Assembly (NCBI GenBank): GCA_020137815.1
Contig: CM035355.1
Location: 7,440,001 to 7,504,000 of the forward strand
DNA from: Hormiphora californensis
Taxonomy: Eukaryota; Animalia; Ctenophora
DNA: 64,000 nucleotides
Reading direction: 5' to 3'
The position numbers and the translations under genes were made by a program. Positions 1 to 14,674 of the stretch are shown here, one piece after another. Every line of letters begins with the position of its first letter. The stretch's first letter is position 1. The notes beneath the pieces were generated by a model. It was given only the letters and a program-made list of their open reading frames with translations. It had not been told where the DNA came from and searched no databases.

Positions 1-1345
1 AACATTTAGGGACGCGTTTCTTTTTTAAATTTGATCAACGTCGAAAGTTTGTGTTTTCTGCTTTTCTTAAATCAAACCTTAATCAGGTAGTACGTGTGAC
101 GTATCAAATCAATCGAATTGCCAATAATTAGCCCGTACCTTAATAATCAGATTACCTTCATTAATTGGACCAGATATTTGGCAAAATTAACAGAATTAAA
201 AGGTAAAGTTAGCCACATCATCACATCATGAGATCACATGTGGCTGACTCACAGACTCCACGTACATGATCATGAATGTGAGCCATTGATCACCATTACT
301 GGCATGAAACAATCTAGCAGTGATATGAATAACAATACACCCCGATTTACCGGGCAAAACTCTTTCCCCCGGTAAATCGGGGTCCGACTATATTTTCATT
401 AAGATAATGGTTACTTACAAACTGGTTTCCAGATAAGCCGATCAAGGATGCGGGTTAGGAGGGCTCCCATAAAATGAAACAGGCATTGGCAAATGTTCCT
501 TAACACTGAATTAGTTGCAGAACCGAGAAGCAACATCACACACATAGAGAGTGGAAGAGATGTGGAGAGAAAGAGAGATATGTAGAGAAGAGAGATAGGT
601 AGAAGAGAGAGAGAGAGATAGGTAGATAGGTAATGGAAGAGAGAGAAAAGAGATAGATAGGTAGACCGCTTCCGTTAGGCGACTTATTAGCGTGCCTTTT
701 GTGTATAGCATACATGCAGGCTCGAATAGTTACAATGGGAAGAGAGATAGAGAGAGAAAGAGAGATAAAGGACAGAGAGGAAGAGAAATGAACACAAAGA
801 TGCGGGAAGGAGATTCAAGACTGCTGTAGGAATAAAGAAATTTACTGGATCAATGAATGGAGAGAAGGGAAACGTATTACAGCCTCAAATAATACACATA
901 GCACGTATAGTACAGTGTTGAAATATGTATTCAATCACCCACACCCTATCACACATATGTATAGAGTATGTTGGATAAGCGATATATCATGACGCATCAT
1001 ATCCATTTCCTAGTTGAGCACAATTTCCTCCTTTTTCACAACTACAACTTTATAACATATCGCAGTTCAACTAGGATTATCATTGTACTCACAGGAGCTA
1101 GGTGTAGTGTTGTTAGCTGCGTTGTTCTTCCCAGATCCACTACGTGCTGTTCGATCCATGGTGGTGTGTAACAAGTGTATCAAACAGGTCAAAATAGTTG
1201 TGTCAGACAATAATCAGGGACGACATATTATCTGGATGATCAAAATGATGCGATAACGGGGCCCGGGGAGATAGATATAGAGACAAAGGGGTAGAGAGAG
1301 AGAGAGATAGCTGATGGGGAGCTGGCGATGATCGTGCTGCGGCAA

Positions 1346-1592
<247 letters not shown>

Positions 1593-2532
1593 GATGATTG
1601 AAATAGAGAGAAGGTAAGGTTGTGAGGGTGCTAAAAATAGCTGCAATGGTGTGTGCAGTCACCGCATATTCAAGAGTATTTTAACTAAGCCTAGTAAATC
1701 ATTTCACGGATACCTCATCACCACACGACAGCATAGAACACTAGATGTGCGCAAAGTTACTATTTGAAACTAAAGCAAGTGATAGAGTCAAACAAAATGT
1801 AACAGCAAAATGGGACTCTGCGGTTATTGATATCTGAAGACTATTACTCCATCAATTTGTGTCTCCTCCCTCCCTCACTTACATACACACCTCTTGATAG
1901 ATAGTTGATTTTGGCTGCATTCCAATTCTTTAATACGTCACCTCTCTTCATTCATTAGCACTGTATGTGAAGAAGACGCACAGATAGTTTCCTTGTCTTG
2001 CACCCTCCTAGCAGAATTTCACTCTCTCTTGTCGGTGACACTGTGTTGGCACAGGTGCCGCGGCTGAGTCTCGTGAGATACATGTACGGAGGGCGGGGTG
2101 ACGCGCGGGTTGGCTTCTCCGCGCGGCGAGTGTAGCGTATGTGAGTGTGTGTGTCTGTGTATGTGTTGGTACTGACAAGGAACCCTGGACATTGTTTTGT
2201 TGTTTTTTCTGCAACAACATATTTTCAAGTCTAACACGACACATTATTTTCAGAGATAAAAACGGATTGAAAATTGAAATAAACTGCAACGATAATACTC
2301 GGATCTGTACGGAAAATCCACAACCCGCGACACCAAAGAGAGAAAGAGACTCTATGAGAGAGACCCCATTGTTTACCCTGTTCAACAAATAAAAGAGAGA
2401 AAAACTGTTTTTTGTTTGTCAAGTGAAATACACTTGTATTAAATTCATTTTAACATGAGACTTCATAAGAAAATCTGTCTTTTATCCTTTGTATATCCCT
2501 CTCTGGTCCGTCTCGCGGGACAGGGTCCCTTT

Positions 2533-4439
2533 TTACATGGCGGCTGAAGACGAATCACCGTCAGAATTGGCCCTGCTAGGTACAGGACTACCGGTGGGGG
2601 TTCCAGTTGGTGTGGAATGGGGGCTCTGGTGGGGTGTGTGCAGGAACTGCTTTTCATCATCACGCTCAAAGTTGATCTGAGGGGAAGGTGAAAATAGTTG
2701 ATTACGATCATTTGCTGTCTAGAAATTATCATCGGTAATTGCATCTCCCTGCACGCTGAAAAACTACTGTTGCCAAGGCAACAAGAATGCACAATATTGG
2801 TTACCTCTCTGGGCGAGGGTGTAGGAGGGGGTCGGGCATTGGCAGCTGAGTTAGGGTCAAACCAGGGGTGGGCTAGCAGTTCCCGGATCGTTACTCTCTT
2901 TGTGATGTCTGGCACCAGCATAGAGGTGATCATTTCCCTGCAGGCTGGGGGAGATAATACCGGGGTTACTACTACAAAGGGCAATGCTCTGAACACATCT
3001 CGCTCTCTCAAATAGAGCTGCCTCGTAGTGGGGTGATCAGTGTCTCTTATCCATTCAATCGATCTAAACTTGTCGTGTAATAAGTTAACTTATTACACAA
3101 CAAGTTTAGATCGATTGGTACTCTCAAGTACTTACCATCGGATACATTTGAATGGAAAGTGATGCCTTTGTTAATTGCTGCAAGTAGGTTCTTGACACTT
3201 GTATCATTGAAGGGTAGCTTGCCGTTCACCATGGCAAACAGCACAACTCCCCTGAAAATAAGGGAAGTTAAAATGAAAGGGAGCTTGTGGGTGTGGTGTT
3301 TATGAAGTAGACTCTTCTCATTCATCTCGGACACGATGTAGAAATGACATTTTCTCAGGACGAGGTCTTATACTCTAGACACTAGGCGGAAAGTTCACTG
3401 AACCCAAGATAGATTTAATTTTCTTCTCTCAATCTCAATTTGTGGCTATCTCTGTCGGAGATTCTCCGTGCATATAATAACGTTTGAATATTATGTCATG
3501 TCTCTCTGCATTATATGCGGTTATAGATTACACACTTACAAGCTCCAAATATCAGATATTCGTCCGTCGTAGTCCTTTCCTCTGACAATTTCGGGGGCTG
3601 CATAGGCCAGTGAACCACAATGGGTCTTCAGCAGGCAGCTCTCGGGAATAATTGTTCTTGCAAAGCCAAAATCTGATAATTTGACCCTGGAAATTGGAGG
3701 GGAGTTAGAGAGTTTGTGTTTTATCGGATGAATGCTCATTACCGGCCTCGCAGGTACTCCGGGTATTGTCTATCGGCTAATGACCATCATCACCCCTCCC
3801 CTCTGTCTTCTTAGCATTACTCACATCATATCTTTGTCGAAGAGAATATTCTCGCACTTCAAATCCCGATGTACAACATTTCTCTCGTGGCAATACTCGA
3901 CCGCCTGTAAAATCTGTTTGAAGAACACTTTTGCATCTTTCTCGGGGATTTTCCTATGATTGGCATTGATGTAATCCAGAAGGTCACCCTTCTCTGCCTC
4001 TTGCATCACAATATACATGCTCCTCTCAGTCTCCAATATTTCCAGCATCTGGACGATGTTTTTGTGGCGGAGCTTGTGTATACATTGAATTTCCCGGGGC
4101 AGAAATTTGGTGAGGTAATCCTTGGGGGCACTTTTCTTTGAGATAATCTTTATCGCAACCTAGCAGTGAGGTATGGACGGTTAACTTAGTTTACAAAATG
4201 TTGGTTTAGGTTGACAGAAGTCAGAACCATAATGGAACATAAACTCATGGCTATAAAAGCATGTTTCATTGTATTTTACATACGTTCATTTTGAATTTTT
4301 CCGAGTAGCACCGGCGGACTTTGGCGTAGGCCCCTGTTCCAATGACATCCCCAAAGATATACCCAGGGATCTTCTCACGGGGTCTCGGGATCGCTGAAGG
4401 ACTGGCCGGCTCAGAATCTGATCTACTGCTTGTTGACAT
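2533..4439 (-). CDS. TSSK: Testis-specific serine/threonine kinase (TSSK family, CAMK group), 6 coding exons
   Basis: GT-AG exons at about 4439-4284, 4159-3825, 3686-3540, 3251-3136, 2940-2804 and 2676-2533. They join IGTGAYAKV, VAIKIISKKSAPKDYLTKFLPREI, HRDLKCENIL, DFGFA, THCGSLAYAAPE and DIWSLGVVLFAMVNGKLPF. KFLPRE and HRDLKCEN are TSSK hallmarks. A Ser/Pro tail ends SSSAAM*. Confidence 0.88.
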
Positions 4440-7027
4440 GACAATAGATGTGTACCTGAAAGTTGGATCAAATTGAAAATTTTGAACGTTTTTTGTATGA
4501 ACTAGAGTGGTATGAGGAGTTGAAAAGTAATCAGTCAATTACTTACTAGGTGTTCATTTGCTTTGGATGAGTGTTAAAGTAAAACGTCAAATCCCGGGAG
4601 TAAAGATACGAGTGTAGGACTTGAAATAAGTTTGCACGTGCAAGTATGGCCGATTCCTGGAACCCTTGGCACTGTTCCCTTGGTAACATATCCGTATCTC
4701 GACAGTTAATAGAACTCTTCGGCGTGTGTGTCATGTCTGTGTGCAATAATTCTTGATGAGAAAGGGCAAGCGGTGGACAATTTCCATGCCAAGAGCGCTC
4801 AATAATTAACACTGTCAGCGTCGTCAGTTAATTATTGTATCACATTCAGCTAGCCGTCGCGATACCAGTAAACAGACTAGATCGTCTTAAATTAGCCGAT
4901 TTACTTGTACACTTTTTATCACAGCAAATTCGATTGAAATCATCAGCACAGACACGCACTGATTTTGTCATTTTTCTGGCATTGTGACATGCCTCATGTC
5001 ATGAGGAATTATGGAGAAGGTGTAGACATTTCTGTTCGCTGGGTGAAAGCTCTTACCTCCCATAAGAAATCACTGGTTTTAAGTTTCATGCTGCACTGCT
5101 CTCTTATTGCTTTCCCTTGTTGTTGTTGTAACCCCTTACTCACCAAGCTCTCCGAGTTCTTTGATTCCAGCTTAGCAGCTCCCTGCGCTAGCCATTGCCT
5201 ATGTCAATTGTATCATCCGTGGAAGCGGAACAAGTCGTCACATGACCTGGAGACCTGGGGTAGAGAAAGTGGTACAGGGTATGGTAATTGAGTTCTAATA
5301 CACATGGCTCTTCCGTATGTCAACCCCACAAATTTGTCACTCGTAGCTGAGTTTGACAGGGTGTATGACATACACTGTATGTGAGTGTATCTCCCCAGCG
5401 TAGCTTCAATACACATTTTATTTCATTTCATCAAGTCGAATATTGAGTGACATTGACAACTGCAACTGTGAAAGTTGAGTGAACTGTGAACCTAATTCTT
5501 TTGATGCATCTGCTCTATTACTTTATTTCAATTTGCTTATGCTGGCATCTGTTGGCAAATTGGTAGGTATGTCACTCTACTTAGATCAATAATAAGAGAT
5601 GTACTGAAATGTCGGTAGAGAGAAGCGAACTCTGTCAAGTGACAAGAGAATCGTACCACTCACAGTAGCTCAGAAATTTGATCAAGTGATTTAAACTTGA
5701 GGCAATGCTACGTCTAGCGCATGTACAACTGAGTATCCTCGCCTAGAGCCAAGACTAGCACATGATGTATATTATATGTATGTGCGTTGTATGGGTTGTT
5801 AGTGTTTAAAAACAATGTAGTTTCTACTTCCTTCAGTCCCTCACACATCCTGATACAATTTAGTCGCCCTTTCTCTTTGGACTTTGAAGCTGCAGTTTGC
5901 TTTGGACGTGCAGTATTTATGTATAGATATTTAGTAACGGTGAATCATGGCATGATTTATGTATTCTACTTCTAGCTTGTACGATAATTAACTTTTTAAA
6001 CATCGCGACACATATTTCGACTTCATCTGTCATGGTCTGATAGAAGCCCGCATATTATCGCCTATTATTTCTCTATGGACTGTCGTGAGAATCCTCGAGA
6101 TTCAAATTTTCTTTTCAAACTTTATTCACGTCATCCTTTTCCTAAATTTCTCACGAGGCATCACTCTTTTCATATCAACTGACCGTCTTCTTTCAGTAGT
6201 CTTCAGTCATTACACATTCAAATTTTAGTACTTATGATATATTTCTCTCTGCTATTCTTCGAGTATGTAATTCTCTTATGATTTACATATATCTCTCTCA
6301 CATGTTCACTTTCTCCGCCAATTCACACTAGACCACAGTCATAACATTAACATGAGAGAACGACTTTCTGTCGTCGACAGAAAGTATCTTAGTTGCACAC
6401 TGACACATCTATATCGGCCAGTTCGTGTGTCATCTTGATCTATATCAGGGATTGAAATTTGTTCTTCCACTTTTAATTTCAGTGCCTATTCTTGGCAGAA
6501 ATTTCTTTGCTATACAATTTATAACATTGTCTTTTTAAATACATAATTATCTAACGATTGTTGACGCGGATACATTAAAAACATGTACATATAGCTGTCT
6601 TTTAGCCAGTGTTGTTTGTAATTCAGAAGTTGTTCTGAACAGTAGAACATATTTTGGTTGTAAACGTTGTTTTTAAAACGAGTTTTCCAATTACAACTTG
6701 TATAGTATAACCCTGTAGACTAGCTTAATTTATAAAACCTTGACTTTCTTGATCTAGCAAAACGTCAAAACGATTCTGTGAATAACTTCGGAAGTTGAGA
6801 CTCTATCAACTCATCATATCAAGGCATCATATCGCGTGTAATACCCTACTAAAGCATACCGATGTGACGCGATCATACTAGCTCAAAAAGAAATCTCGAC
6901 AGCCGTTTTTGGTATAATCAACTGCGGTGGATTGTGAAGCTAACTTACAAAGGGAGCACCAGAAACGAGAATATTCTGTGCTTTGAATATACTTACAATA
7001 CAACAGCTCCCAGCTCCATCCCCTTCA

Positions 7028-10000
7028 ATGGGCGTGTCTTGGTACTACGTAGCGCTTGTCAGCGCTGCCCTTGGTGCCACAATTTCCCTCTCCTTGACAC
7101 TCCTGGCTTTGTTTTACCTGAAAAAGAAACGGAGGTGAGATTAGGATAATTTATTGCTGCAATTCTTTAGGCGTAATATAAGGGATTTGTGTTTTGCCAG
7201 AGCTAAGCTTGTATTGTTTAAAACTCTCTTTATGACTATGTTGTCAACAACTTCACACCTGTTATAACTTGGATAGTTAAGTACTCAACAACAGTTGTGT
7301 GTATTTTGCAGGACTCAGACTCACGAGGAACGGAGGCATGAGTTTATGCGGAAGAACAGTCGTCACCTTACAATAGCTGGTAAGAGACAGAGAGAGGGTA
7401 GAGAGATAGAAGTTGAAGAAGTGATCAAAGTTTTATCTCAAAAAAACCAAAACCCCATTTTTGAAAAGAGAACCTAAGATGTTGCAGGTAGAGTGAGCAG
7501 ACCAGAGAGCATCAACTGGTTGAATGTGATGATAAAACTGTTCTATGAAACAAACCGGAAATCTATCTTTCTGAAGATCAAAGAAACTCTGGATCCCATT
7601 TTGAGTGAAGTAAAGCCCACTTACATCTCTAACATTGCCCTCACGTAAGGTTTTAATTCTGGGAACCCCGAAAGAATTCTAAATTTTCCAGGTTCCTCAC
7701 ATGACAGTTGTCTAGTGAACCTTGCTTCGGACCCTGCCTCTCTTAGAAGGGTATGGTACGAACTAAAAAAAGACAGTCCTGTCAATCTATCCACCCTCTC
7801 AGGCAGTTTGATTTCGGAGCCTCTACCCCTGTTATAGAGGGTGTAACTGGTTCTCAGGAGAGTTCGGAACAGGACAAGAGGTTCTACATTCTGGAGATAC
7901 GACCTGTTATCAGTTCTAACGACTTCAAAATGATGTTCAAGGTATCATCAACATTGTATTGGCACGTCAAAAGATCTAACTTGGTTTCGAGACATTCGAG
8001 ACAATTTTCTGTAACCTGTACCGTTTTTTAATGTTTGGGTCGCCGCCAGAAACCTGAACACAATCCCCACTCAAAGCAATACACTTGAACACTCAATTCA
8101 ACACACCACCCTGCACTAGGTTGAGTTCAAGTTCAAGAACATCAATATTGATGTGTTACTGAAGGATGTTCACTACTGTGGAAAGTGCAAGTTTGTCACA
8201 GAGCTGGATCCCAGACATCCCTTCCCCTGCATCACTAGGGTGTTCATCACCCTTATGGAACGACCCAAGGTAAATAATGTCTTATCCTTACCTATATATA
8301 CATATAGCGTGCTAAAATTAAACTCAGATTGCTTTGTCCCACTAAAACGTTATTGGGACAAAGCAACCTTATAAAGACTGCCCTCTGATCCTGTGAGTGG
8401 AGCGGGGAGCGTGGTCAGGAGTGGCGCTGACAATAGTCTAAAGATCACCCCCTCTCTATCCAGGTTGATTTCAATATTGAGTTCCTGACGAACCTGGATA
8501 TGGACCTATTACCAGGCCTCAAGGATTGGATGAGAAACATTATAGAGGATACCGTCGCCAAAATGCTAGTCTTCCCTGGCAGGATTTATCTTGACTTCAG
8601 TAAGGTATGTACAAACATGGGAATGATGAACTAGGCAGTAGGTAGGTTTTTAGACAACCTCATCGTAAAATTTCAGAAAAGGTCTAGGCCTAGCTAGGGA
8701 TAGTTAGCAGTGGGGCGAGGTGAGGTATATACCCGAAACTTTTGACAACAACAACCCCTCCCTCAGGATACACATTACACCTGAAATGACAACAACCCTC
8801 TCTTTCTCAGGACGAGGTGGAGACCCTTATTATCCCACGGAACCCAACACTGGCAATTGGAGTGTTATTGGTTGACATTGACCTGTATTTGCTGTCCAAT
8901 AGTAGCAGTAAAAATGTACATGATCTACATGTAAAGGTGAGAGAGCATGAGGGTTGAATACGTGGGGTTTGACAGAGATACTCCCTTTGGTGGAACTACG
9001 GTCACCATTGGTAACCATTAGTCACCATTGGTAACCATTGGTAACCATTGGTAACTAGGATAAGAATTAGATCGAACATATATCTTCAGGTAAAAACGCC
9101 AAACTGTGAACGAGAATCGACGGTTCTCCTCAACAATGATTCCTCACGGACCGTGAAATCTTTCAACCTCTTTGTTTATGACTATGATGAGGTATTATAG
9201 TACTAGTAGTAGTCGAGTGAAAGCCGGGCACTGAGTTTGTTATTCCCATCCCTAATTAATTCATAATTAATCGATGATTAATCTACAAAATATTGACACA
9301 CCTGATCTGTCCCAGCCACTAAAATGATATAATTCCTCTTATTTAGTTTCCTGGAGCTCATTAATTGTACCCTGCCCAGGTACTAAAGATATCTGTTCAG
9401 AAGAGCCACCACATGCAGGCCCTAAGTGGGCAACTCATATCAACCAACAAATATGTCTCAACCGAGGTTTGTAGTTGGGCAATATGTCTCAACCGCGGTA
9501 ACTGCAGTTCAGATATGTAGTAGTATGACTTAAAGTAGTTGACTCAAAGTAGTATGACCCAAAGTAGTTGGGCAATAGATGGCATCTGGAATTCTGACCT
9601 GCAAAACTTTTCCCGTGTGCTGTCTATCCATGACCAGTCATTGACCACTCTCCTCGGCCAAAGGTCAGATGCACACTGCACCTAGTTGTGAAACTACATC
9701 ACCAAGTAATTACATCTACCCTGCAGTTGATACTACTGGAGGCGTTCAGAGAGTCAGTTGTTGAGCGGACTATGGAAAACAGAACAAAGAATCTAGGGTT
9801 TAAAGTGAGCGCTAAGATCGAGGCACTACCCATGGTACCCATTCACCAGGCAAACACTGAAGTTACAGGTATATATACACAGAATCGGCCACTGTTCAGT
9901 GAACAGTGTTCACGCCCCGCTCTTCTGAGGGCGGATTGGGCAACTGGGGCCCATTTTGATGCCTGACAGCACATCTAGACATTCAAGATGTTCATTTATA

Positions 10001-11430
10001 GAACCACACATCTTTCTAACCTCCCCTCTCATTCAGACTACAGAGAGATAGTGGGGGAGGAGAGTGCCATGGGTGGCAGTAAGATGAAACCTTGTCCTAT
10101 TCTCGGGTCACCCAGTGGCGTCCTTCAGGTAAAGAAAAAAAAGCTGCAAGAGTGGGAACTAGATCCACCTTACCAAACCACTTTAACGAAACCCCATCTG
10201 GTCTCTGATGGTGCTGACCCCGTTTTGATTATCAACAGGTCACTCGTATCGGGTGGGGACCGCCAGACTTGATCTAACAACTTGTAGTTATTTGAATCCA
10301 CCCTCCTAGATACACATTCACTACGCAAAAGGGTTGATCAGCGAAGACTTTAATGGAAAGAGCGATCCTTATATAAAACTCTTTTTAAACGGAGATCTCA
10401 TCCACAAATCGAAAACTGTAAGTAACAATTATTGACTAACACGGTACGTACCTAAGTGACTTGCACTAACACAGTCCTTATAAAATAACAAAAACCCATC
10501 TTTTATCTTTATCTCGCAAAATAGAGTACAAGCACTTCAACTCAGGGGCAAATGGCTGGACCCCACCTCGGACACCTATATTTCGCTAAGACCTAACTGC
10601 AGTTTCCTCTACAGATCCCTAAAACCCTAAACCCGGTATTCAACGATATCTTTGAGGAGACCATACTGGATATCAACACAATTACTTCAATTAAATTAGA
10701 GCTCTACGATGCGGACGACATTGGAACTGATGATTTTCTAGGAGAAACTTTTGTGGACCTACCCACAACAAATGCCTATAACTTTATGAAGAGGTATTAT
10801 TGAAGGGATAAATGGTACACGTGATCTGAGCCATGAGAGGGACAGTGATCCCTTTGGCGTGTTCAGGGAAATTTTCATGGGAGTTGGGGAAATCAATCTT
10901 AGCCCTTCAACTAACACAGTCAGTTTGTCATCAGATAGCTTTCCATCTTTATATCTCCCTACAGATACGATCTGACACGGAAGCCGACAGAAAAGGCTGG
11001 TTCTGTCTTTGTATCTGTGATATTTAGAGAAATAGCACTGAGAAGTACTGCTGGAAACATGACTTGTAGATCACCCTCCCCGGTAAGAGTCATGTTTACA
11101 AATCCACAAGATACTGCCTGTTCTTCTACATGTAGAAGATAGAACACGGGATCTTGTGAACTTGGGGACTGGCCCATCAAGAGCACATGAAAGGCTATCT
11201 TCTCAATTTCTAGTAAGGAATTGGTACATGATTTATATTTCAATCCCTCTTCCCTCTAGGACTCTAAAATGAAGAACGGGAGCGTGAGCGGAGATTGTTC
11301 CGGATCTTTAAAAGAAAAGAAGACCTCCCTCCGAAAAAGACTTTTCAAATCGAATTCCGAGAAAGCCAGTGAGAGGCTCAAACAACCAACTTCGCCACGA
11401 AACTCTTGTGGTGAACCTAGCTCCCCATAA
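7028..11430 (+). CDS. Extended-synaptotagmin-like lipid transfer protein (N-terminal TM, SMP domain, degenerate C2, Ca2+-type C2, basic tail), about 15 exons
   Basis: ATG 7028 gives MGVSWYYVALVSAALGATISLSLTLLALFYLKKKR (TM). SMP motifs: PESINWLNVMIKLFY, FDFGASTPVIEGV, LPGLKDWMRNIIEDTVAKMLVFPGRI. C2 motifs: GVLQIHIHYAKGLISEDFNGKSDPY, KTLNPVFND, YDADDIGTDDFLG. Stop TAA at 11428-11430. Exons are bounded by GT-AG. Confidence 0.82.
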
Positions 11431-12139
11431 TATTAATATTATTCACATATTATCATGGTTTTATAAAATTGTTGCTTTGTTATTTAATTGTTAGGACACG
11501 CTAGGAACATATATTCCACGTATCGTGAGAATTTTCAAAGGACACTACAATTCCAAACAGTGGCACTTGCAGTGGATAAACTGTTTTCAAGTACAAAATC
11601 AGTCGCCAAGTTGATATAGCGAGTTGGACAATTTGAGCTACTTTTATAACACATGCTCCGTTTTTATTTTGATGCTTTTTGGAACTGTTTAAAATATTTT
11701 GAAATGAAATTAGACGAGTTTTAATTCAAATGGGTCGTATTTCTTACCTCAAAATCATTCCATATCTTCCGGAGTCTGTGATTCTCCTGGTTCCCAATGA
11801 ATGTTATCAAGAACTCGTACAACACTACAACAAAGGAATCCGTTTGGTCACACCGAGATCGATCTCACATATATATCAGATTGTTCATCCTTCACTAAAA
11901 GATAAAAATAGTGTTAGTTCGATTTGATCAGTTCAAAAGTTCATATTTCAAGCTGATCGCCCGTGGGGGTGGGGGGGTTGATGTATGACTATGATTGGCG
12001 ATTGGCATGGGTATGACTTCGTGGACAAATGGTCATTTCATGATTGTGCTACAATCATATTTCTCTCTCCCTCTCACACAGTCTCACAGTGGCGCAGTGT
12101 TCGAAAGGGGAAGTCCTCTCGCGTAAGAGAGAGGAAGCG

Positions 12140-12236
12140 GAGAGGCAGAGAGAGAGAGAGAGAGAGACGAAGGAGAGAACAGAAGAGAGCGAGGAGAGGA
12201 GAGAGAGAGAAAGAGAGAGAGAGGAGAAAGAGAGAA

Positions 12237-12285
<49 letters not shown>

Positions 12286-12448
12286 GAGAGGAGAAGAAGA
12301 GAGAGAGAGAGAGCGAGAGAGAGAGAGAGAGAGAGAGCGAAGAGAGAGAGAGAGAGAGAGAGAGCGAGGAGAAAGCGATGAGAGAGAGCGAGAGTAGAGA
12401 GCGATAGATCGAAGCTAGAGAGAGCTCTCGATAGCTAGCTCTAGCTAT

Positions 12449-12529
<81 letters not shown>
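12140..12529. repeat. Degenerate (GA)n followed by (CT)n, with a palindromic AGCT/CTAG centre
   Basis: GA-rich 12140-12405, centre gatcgaagctagagagagctctcgatagctagctctagctatagct, then pure CT 12451-12529. Confidence 0.85.
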
Positions 12530-12532
<3 letters not shown>

Positions 12533-12731
12533 GAGAGTCTTACCAGTGTTGAGAAAATGAGATAGAACAGTGTCTCAAGTGGACTCAGTGAGACAGCTGC
12601 TCGTGTTTTGCCACCAATGAAGGAAGAATGGAGGGAGAGAGATAGACAGGGAGAGTGGGAGAGAGAGTGAGAGAGAGAGAGTGGGAGAGAGAGAGAGAGA
12701 TACAGGGAGGGTGAGAGAGAGAGAGTGAGAG

Positions 12732-12791
<60 letters not shown>

Positions 12792-13194
12792 AGGGATGGA
12801 GAGAGACAGGGGAGACCGTCTCAATGACAGTAGGGGGTAAAATTTACATCATACGACACGAGCATTTGTGCATGCTAGAAACATATGACTCTCTCTGACT
12901 CTCCCCATCTCTCTCTATCTTCACAAAATAATCTAAGACAGCAACGACAGACCAATCGGTAATTAGAAGGCAGAAGCACGTGTGTGTTGACATTATGTGC
13001 TCCTTCATCAAACAACTTTCGCGTCATTTGTATTCCTGTAGACGCGATCCACACTTCGTACTGCTCTACAAAGATTCCTACTGCAATACTTGTTTGTTCC
13101 CTTATAAATAGGGCCACCTTCTGTTTGGTGTGGTACACTGATCGATAGATCTACCGAACCCTCACAGAGCGGTGTGAGCCACACAACTTGATAG

Positions 13195-14043
13195 ATGTCT
13201 GCGGAGGATGGTACAGAGGTGCCGTGTCATCTAAAGAGGCCCTTATTACCAGTCAGTAGGAGGGCTCATAACTACCCTCTTATCCAACAATGCGACATGA
13301 CAGGTAGTTTTTGACTCTCAAGGACAGTGTGCTCAGATCGGGCCAGATCGGGTTGCTCCGCCAGACAGTCGTGGAAGGTCTCACCAAAACTATAGCCAGC
13401 CTCACATACCGTCATACCCAAGACTGTCTAGTGTCAGCATCGTAGATGACTCCACCTTACAAGCACACCTACCTTCAAAGCACAACTTATTATGTTCCTC
13501 CTCAGAAGAGATGAAGGCTGAAACCCTGGAAGCCTGTGTGACTGCCTTTGACAAGTTTCCCAATGACAATGAACACATCGCTCGCTACCTCAAGGTAGGT
13601 AAACTGAACCCCTGTATGTACCGCCATACAGCCATAACTTAGATCGGGTCGGTGCCACCTGTAACACAGAGAAGAGTTATGGTAACCTGGTTACTGTTAC
13701 CATAGCACAGCAGACAGCAGACAGCTCCGAGTAACCCAAAGTTTCCGAGACTCTCCTTCTTCAGGACATGATGGATAAGAGCTATGGGAGTTGTTGGCAT
13801 GTCATATCAGGAGAAGGATACGGTTTTGATATAACTCACGAGACACGAAATCTTATGTAAGCAAACACCAAGATTGATTCTCAAATGGGGTATCTGAGCG
13901 TGCGACAATGCGCTCAGCATGTATGAGACTCCTACTAGGAGTTTGTCTATAAATGTGCAGAGAATTGTTACACATCCACTTCTAATTGCAGGTACATGTT
14001 TATTGGAGGGAATACAGCGATTATTATCTGGAAATGCTCTTAG
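13195..14043 (+). CDS. DNAL4: Dynein axonemal light chain 4
   Basis: Four exons (about 13195-13303, 13506-13594, 13766-13856, 13992-14043). They give ...RRAHNYPLIQQCDMTEEMKAETLEACVTAFDKFPNDNEHIARYLKDMMDKSYGSCWHVISGEGYGFDITHETRNLMYMFIGGNTAIIIWKCS*, which follows the DNAL4 pattern (WHVxxGEGFGFxITHE, C-terminal WKCS). Confidence 0.9.
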
Positions 14044-14674
14044 CCCAGATATAACGTTGTCTCCCTTGGAGTACTTCCCACATGAGGACCAGACAACTAC
14101 ACAGGACACAACTTTAGGACATAGCTCTGAAGGATTCTAGGGGAGGGCCGAGGGGAGACGCAGCGAAGGTCCAGTCTCTAGTATTACTTTTCCTGCGGTC
14201 ATTTCCCAGCGTATTCTGATACGTAATTCATACGCTACAGCTGTACTCTTTGTACAGTCCAAGGACGTTAAAAATAAATGTTAAGCGACGCTAAATATTT
14301 GTGTATTTTGCTGAAAAAAGTAAAAATGTATAAGTTGAATCGTATAACATAAAACTTTCACACACACGATTAAAAAATCAGCCCGGCAAAAGTTATTGAA
14401 CCAAAAAGAAATTATGACCGCACATTTAACCAACAATCACAGTTTGAGTTTACCCTCGCATACTGTCTAATCTACCAAGTCCCAGATTGTAACTACACTG
14501 TGAAAATGAACAATATCAAAACACCCAAACACCCTTCATATCATGCCCTAGTTATCCTCTTTGGGTCACCTCTCTCTGTCTATATCGCTGAATCAAATCT
14601 GAATAACGATATAATAATTGTCTTCTTCGTACCAAATACAAAACACAGCCACACAGTAGCTGGATTATAATAGT

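Noticed and set aside
4965-5291. 108-aa Cys-containing ORF between TSSK and the SMP gene
   Set aside because: No recognisable homology; more likely 5' UTR or promoter sequence.
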